In this document: positions 45,399-49,496 of the stretch, one piece after another
Numbering within the stretch: the first letter of the stretch is position 1
Layout of the letters: every line of letters starts with the position of its first letter
Virus record (IMG/VR): IMGVR_UViG_3300038492_000107
Location: 1-49,496 of that record
From: a virus
Taxonomy: Duplodnaviria; Caudoviricetes
Length of the DNA: 49,496 bases
Strand: one strand, 5' to 3'
Translations under genes and position numbers: made by a program
The notes under the pieces: model-generated
Seen by the model: the letters and a program-made list of their open reading frames with translations, nothing else
The model's database searches: none
Told to the model about the DNA's origin: nothing

Positions 45399-45840
45399 AG
45401 TCTCTGTTCCTGTCTTTAAAGGTGATTCCATTAAGGTGATCTATCTCGTGTTGAACAATCCGCGCTGCATAATCCTTAAAAGTAGTTTCTACTACAGCTC
45501 CTCCCATATCCCTATACCGTACTGTTATTTTAGTAGATCTAGGTACAGGAAGTATCTCATTAGGATAAGATAAGCACCCCTCATTACGTATTTTAGTAGA
45601 TCCGCTCTTTTTTATTATTTCTGGGTCTAAGAGGACCGTTACATTGTCGTGAAGTGATTCCAGGACCACTGCCACTCGCTGATCTACTCCGATTTGATTA
45701 GCAGCAAGTCCGACCCCTCCTTCGGTAATCATGACCCCTAACATGTCTTGAATAAGTTCAGTCAGTTCTGATCTCTCTAAGTCCACATCCTTTAAGCGTC
45801 TGTGGAGAAGTGGGTCGTCTCCGGAAATAAGTTCTAGCAT
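45379..45840 (-). CDS. def: Peptide deformylase
   Basis: GVGLAANQ, EGCLS and QHEIDH signature motifs. Confidence 0.96.
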   Translation of the reverse strand: MLELISGDDPLLHRRLKDVDLERSELTELIQDMLGVMITEGGVGLAANQIGVDQRVAVVLESLHDNVTVLLDPEIIKKSGSTKIRNEGCLSYPNEILPVPRSTKITVRYRDMGGAVVETTFKDYAARIVQHEIDHLNGITFKDRNRDYEKTRL

Positions 45841-45853
45841 AAATACTCCATTA

Positions 45854-46378
45854 TTAAATCAACACTGATACAACAAATCCCAGACCTGTCACAAACCCAT
45901 AGAGCACCTCAGCAGTGTCGTTTTTGTCTTTTATCTCAGTATCTGACAAAAAAGGAAATAAAGGTAGTTTGTGTACCGAGACATAGTAAATAGGGCCCAT
46001 CAGTAACCCTGTCACTAACAGGATTAAGGAAGCCGGGACAGATAAGAAGTAAGCAGCCGTAATGGCCGACAATCCTATTCCTATAACTCCACGCAAAGAC
46101 ATTCTAAACATGTCGTCCCTTTGCTGCATCCACTGCCAAGGACTAAAGCCTAATATAGCCTGTCCTAAGAAGATTGTGGCTAAGTTAATGCCTCCAATAA
46201 CCCAACTGCCTGTAAACAAACTTAGAGGTATTGCTATAGACCCTGCGTACAAGAGTCTTCCAGTATTTGTACCCCAAAAAGGAATGGTTTTCTTTATCCG
46301 GGTACCGAACATACCTCCTCGAACTCGGTTCGTTAACGCAGTCAGTAGAGGTAATAGTAGTATAATAGACACGATCAA
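45854..46378 (-). CDS. Hypothetical polytopic membrane protein
   Basis: Several TM segments; NRVRGG near the N-terminus and AEVLYG near the C-terminus. Confidence 0.65.
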   Translation of the reverse strand: MIVSIILLLPLLTALTNRVRGGMFGTRIKKTIPFWGTNTGRLLYAGSIAIPLSLFTGSWVIGGINLATIFLGQAILGFSPWQWMQQRDDMFRMSLRGVIGIGLSAITAAYFLSVPASLILLVTGLLMGPIYYVSVHKLPLFPFLSDTEIKDKNDTAEVLYGFVTGLGFVVSVLI

Positions 46379-46425
46379 TATCTCCTATGTGATGAAGTGT
46401 TGGTATGTATATAATCATAATCACC

Positions 46426-47106
46426 TCATCCGTATGGGTTTGATTGATATATACTATAGTCTTTAAGAGTTGCCATTACGTCAGGCGCTTCTTTAACAAG
46501 GATGTCGTGAATGGCGTAAGCGATCTCCCTATGTTCCTTCTGAGTCTCCACTCCCATACGTAAAGCTAAGTAGTGGATCCATGAGCGAAGAGATCCTTTC
46601 ATGTACAACACAGTCTGAGTACTCAAGGGAAGAACAAATCTGGCCTGCTCTTTGGCAATACCGTACTCAAGGGCCTGGTTGTAGAACTTCTCCGTACGCT
46701 TCTCCAGATCTCTAACCCCCTCCTGAAACCAAAGACTAAGATCGGGATCAAGATTCTCTGTAGAGTTCTGTTTGTTCGTAGGATCCTGTAGACGAGGCTC
46801 AATCTCTTCAAAAGCTTGGGCTGCGGAGTATCGCTGACTAAACTCTTGGAAGTTGAAGTGTCTGTGTCTAAGGATCTGTGCTGCAATACCTCGTGACGTT
46901 GTGATCTCGAAGGTGAAGTCTGCCATTTCAAAAATTGATACATGTCCATGCTTCATACAAAATCGCAACAACCTAGGGGCTGTGTCGAAGTTATCTTGAT
47001 TGCTTGGATTGCTTACCCTAGCGCAATACGAAACAATGTCCTGAGGGCCATGACTTTCTAACTCGTCACTCACTCCCATTGTCTTAGATATTAATTTAAC
47101 TTTCAT
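46426..47106 (-). CDS. thyX: Flavin-dependent thymidylate synthase
   Basis: ARVSNP, HGHVSIFE, QILRHR.F.FQEFSQRY, EQARFVLP, TQKEHR. Confidence 0.96.
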   Translation of the reverse strand: MKVKLISKTMGVSDELESHGPQDIVSYCARVSNPSNQDNFDTAPRLLRFCMKHGHVSIFEMADFTFEITTSRGIAAQILRHRHFNFQEFSQRYSAAQAFEEIEPRLQDPTNKQNSTENLDPDLSLWFQEGVRDLEKRTEKFYNQALEYGIAKEQARFVLPLSTQTVLYMKGSLRSWIHYLALRMGVETQKEHREIAYAIHDILVKEAPDVMATLKDYSIYQSNPYG

Positions 47107-47206
47107 TCTCTTCCTCCTCTACCTCAGAGATTCCTCGCACGATATAAGCGAATCCACTAGCTGTATGTACTGCGACTCTAATTGTGTTTTTTTCTGTCAT
47201 TGGTAC

Positions 47207-47542
47207 CTACCCTTCTTCCTCTGTATCTAACTCTTCATCAGAGTCTTCATAACCTCCATACCTAAATTCATTATGGCCGGTTTCTTCTTGTCTGTCAAGT
47301 AGAAAAATGATGTTTGTTAGGGCCAAGGCCAAGTGAGGTAATCCGCTATCTTTATCGACCTTCTCACCAGCCCGTGCAGCCTCCAAGTGTCTATATGTGG
47401 CGTCTACGTAGCGATGAGACTCCACAGACTTCCAATTAAACGGGCTGTATTTTTCTGCTCCGTGAGTGAGAGCCTCGGCAATCAAAGCTAATGCTTTAGG
47501 AGGAATCAATCCATACTTTAACTTACCTTTATCATATTTCAT
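47207..47542 (-). CDS. dATP/dGTP diphosphohydrolase-like protein (DUF5664 type)
   Basis: KYDKGK..Y.LIP, GAEKYS..NW, RHL, D.DSGLPHLA.A. Confidence 0.85.
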   Translation of the reverse strand: MKYDKGKLKYGLIPPKALALIAEALTHGAEKYSPFNWKSVESHRYVDATYRHLEAARAGEKVDKDSGLPHLALALTNIIFLLDRQEETGHNEFRYGGYEDSDEELDTEEEG

Positions 47543-47558
47543 AAATACTTACTCCTTT

Positions 47559-48314
47559 CTACAGTTCTTCGCCTTTATAAGAGGTGCCGCAGTTCTTACA
47601 AATAAGTCTCTGATATGTCTTTAATCGAGTAACTCTGCGTCCCTTACCTGTATAATCTGAGGCCCCGCAACTGGGACAGGACAGAAGAGCGTTAGGATCT
47701 AGGTGGCGGCCTACGTGAGGAAGATTGATACCAAGGCCTAGCATTTTATTATAGACCTGAGATAAAACCTCGCAATCTTGTTCACAATAAGAGGCCATCT
47801 CCAACAAGGAATCATGATTACCTGCCCAACAGTCTGCCCACAGTTTAGGGCTAATATTTGTTTTTTGTTCCACTCCAAAGTATTTAGAAGTGTTATTAAG
47901 ACTATTCGATGACAACCTTAGGTGTTTACTGGCTACTCTGAATAAGTCTATATGCCTAATTTTTGGGTCTAGGAACAATCCTTGTTGCGCGAGCCGTGTG
48001 TTTAAGAAGGGTACATCGTGACCGCTTCCATACCACGTAACAACAACATCTGCTTTTTCCATAATATCTAAGGAGGGTTTTAATAAAGGTTCGTCAGTTA
48101 GGGGGTTTTTCTTGAACTGCCGTTTGGTTAAGTGTATAGACTCGGCCTCTTGACCTAACCACTTATAACCAAAAACAAGGATGTACGCTAGGTCGGCACA
48201 GAATCCCGCTTGCCTACCACCGAACCTACTTCGTTTCCCCGGATGGAATATATGTTCAGGTCTCATTATGTTTTCGAGGTCCATGAACAATATGTTTAAC
48301 CCTTTTTTATTCAT
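47559..48314 (-). CDS. RNase H-fold 3'-5' exonuclease-like protein with C-terminal Zn ribbon
   Basis: LFMDLE, WYGSGHDVPFL, HIDL, SNSLN, YCEQDC; CPSCG...CKNCG. Confidence 0.8.
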   Translation of the reverse strand: MNKKGLNILFMDLENIMRPEHIFHPGKRSRFGGRQAGFCADLAYILVFGYKWLGQEAESIHLTKRQFKKNPLTDEPLLKPSLDIMEKADVVVTWYGSGHDVPFLNTRLAQQGLFLDPKIRHIDLFRVASKHLRLSSNSLNNTSKYFGVEQKTNISPKLWADCWAGNHDSLLEMASYCEQDCEVLSQVYNKMLGLGINLPHVGRHLDPNALLSCPSCGASDYTGKGRRVTRLKTYQRLICKNCGTSYKGEEL

Positions 48315-49267
48315 TATTTCTTCTCCTTTTTAGGCTTATTATCAGATAGCCCGATACCGTGTGCGGTATAAAGTCCTATCCTGTCTCCGGAAGTGCTTTC
48401 TCGATTTTTTAGTACGTCAATAGTAAAGTCATAATCATCTAACGCGAACATCATATCGTTCAAGGAACTACTGATAGACACATTATGTCTCCATATACGT
48501 AACAATAAGGAAGAAACCTCCTCAATCGTCCTACCCCCTTTAACGACGTCGAAGGCTGGAGACCTTTCGGTGGACTGAGTTAACTGAGAGCCTGCGACTA
48601 TCAACAACTCGTTCTCAATAACAAGAGAGTTTAGGGTATTACAGATAGCCCGGATCTGAGGCTCTGATCCTGCTGGATCTGATCGGCTATCTGAGCTTCC
48701 TATTTTTTGTATGTAGTCCAAGAACACAGTACTGCCTCGCAAGGAGTCTTTACTTAGCACGCTTTTTATCTGCTCTATAGAACTAATTTTGTGGGAAATA
48801 AATAAGTTTCTTTTTAGAAGGCTTTTAATTTTTTTATAGCCTGGAGTGGTTTCAACCTCTCCCCAAGAAACATTACGCTTCTCATATAGACTTATGAAGT
48901 TTAGGACTTCGTTGTGTTGACTGTATTCATAAGACAGGTAAACTACCTTGTCACCATTAAGGGCCTTTCTAAGTGCGATATTGCGCATCAAGGAGGATTT
49001 ACCATGGCCAGGCCTACCAGCCACTACTACCACTCCAGTAAGCGGGAAAGGAGCCCTGGAATCGATGTTATTGAAGTGTGTGAGTGATTGTCCCTCATCG
49101 ACATTCTTGGAAAGTTTATCAAAATCCTCTCCGGAAATAAACTGATCCATGACAGGAGAAGACTCTAGAGATTCTTGAACTTTGTTCAGGACTTCATCAG
49201 GACTTAAGTCTGCGGCGTCGTACCCTTTCGGGAACTCTGTTGTGTGAACTAGTTTTATATTAGCCAT
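48314..49267 (-). CDS. DnaB-like replicative helicase
   Basis: AGRPGHGKS (Walker A), YLSYE, FLDYIQ, GSQL, VLKNR. Confidence 0.88.
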   Translation of the reverse strand: MANIKLVHTTEFPKGYDAADLSPDEVLNKVQESLESSPVMDQFISGEDFDKLSKNVDEGQSLTHFNNIDSRAPFPLTGVVVVAGRPGHGKSSLMRNIALRKALNGDKVVYLSYEYSQHNEVLNFISLYEKRNVSWGEVETTPGYKKIKSLLKRNLFISHKISSIEQIKSVLSKDSLRGSTVFLDYIQKIGSSDSRSDPAGSEPQIRAICNTLNSLVIENELLIVAGSQLTQSTERSPAFDVVKGGRTIEEVSSLLLRIWRHNVSISSSLNDMMFALDDYDFTIDVLKNRESTSGDRIGLYTAHGIGLSDNKPKKEKK

Positions 49268-49397
49268 GCTCCAATATCTCCTTAATCTTGTTCATAGCCT
49301 TTATACCGGCTTCATCATTATCAGGCCATAATATAACTTCTCTGCCTTTCAAAGCGTTCCAGTCACCTTTCAGTATGTTACTACATCCCAAGGGCCA
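49260..49397 (-). CDS. DNA primase, C-terminal TOPRIM part (continues from 513..1)
   Basis: VVEGEK upstream in frame and VILWPDNDEAG (DxD). Confidence 0.85.
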   Translation of the reverse strand, partial: WPLGCSNILKGDWNALKGREVILWPDNDEAGIKAMNKIKEILEHG

Positions 49398-49495
49398 CGA
49401 GACTACAGCCATCTCCTTTCCCTTGGACATTAGTGATGCGTAAGCGGCCTTAACCGTCTTCTCTCCTTCAACTACCAATACAGGTGCGTTGGGGT
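49398..49495. repeat. Terminal direct repeat, copy 2
   Basis: Identical to bases 1-98; the final base 49496 differs from base 99. Confidence 0.95.
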
Positions 49496-49496
49496 A

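Noticed and set aside
47207-47542. Modified-base (Z or 7-deazaguanine) genome suggested by the dATP/dGTP hydrolase-like gene and odd polymerase
   Set aside because: No PurZ, Que/Fol or transglycosylase genes were recognised; this hydrolase family also occurs without such pathways.
962-49145. Many short plus-strand ORFs outside the 13.2-15.4 kb island
   Set aside because: They lie opposite well-supported minus-strand genes and have no recognisable features.
1-49496. tRNA genes, integrase, repressor
   Set aside because: None recognised by eye; a tRNA scan and HMM search would be needed to exclude them.

Overview
The window is an apparently complete, circularly assembled ~49.4 kb tailed phage genome: bases 1-98 repeat at 49398-49495 and the primase gene runs across the join. 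Almost all genes are on the minus strand. It combines a T7-like replication set (primase, DnaB-type helicase, family A polymerase, SSB, endonuclease I), nucleotide metabolism genes (class II ribonucleotide reductase split by a group I intron with a LAGLIDADG endonuclease, ThyX, dUTPase, cytidine deaminase, RNase H), an HK97-type head and a Mu-like contractile tail. I recognised no integrase or repressor. The most unusual content is a large protein/peptide-processing toolkit: peptide deformylase, a methionine-aminopeptidase-fold enzyme, an M17 leucyl aminopeptidase, two ClpP-fold proteases (one with an N-terminal hydrophobic anchor, encoded next to a stand-alone SbmA/BacA-like transporter domain) and a GNAT acetyltransferase. 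A short plus-strand island (13.2-15.6 kb) is built from repeated CTTGAC-N16/17-CTATMT promoter cassettes and carries two copies of a putative H-type pseudoknot RNA, one of which looks like a free-standing small RNA. All family calls come from motifs read by eye; no searches were run.
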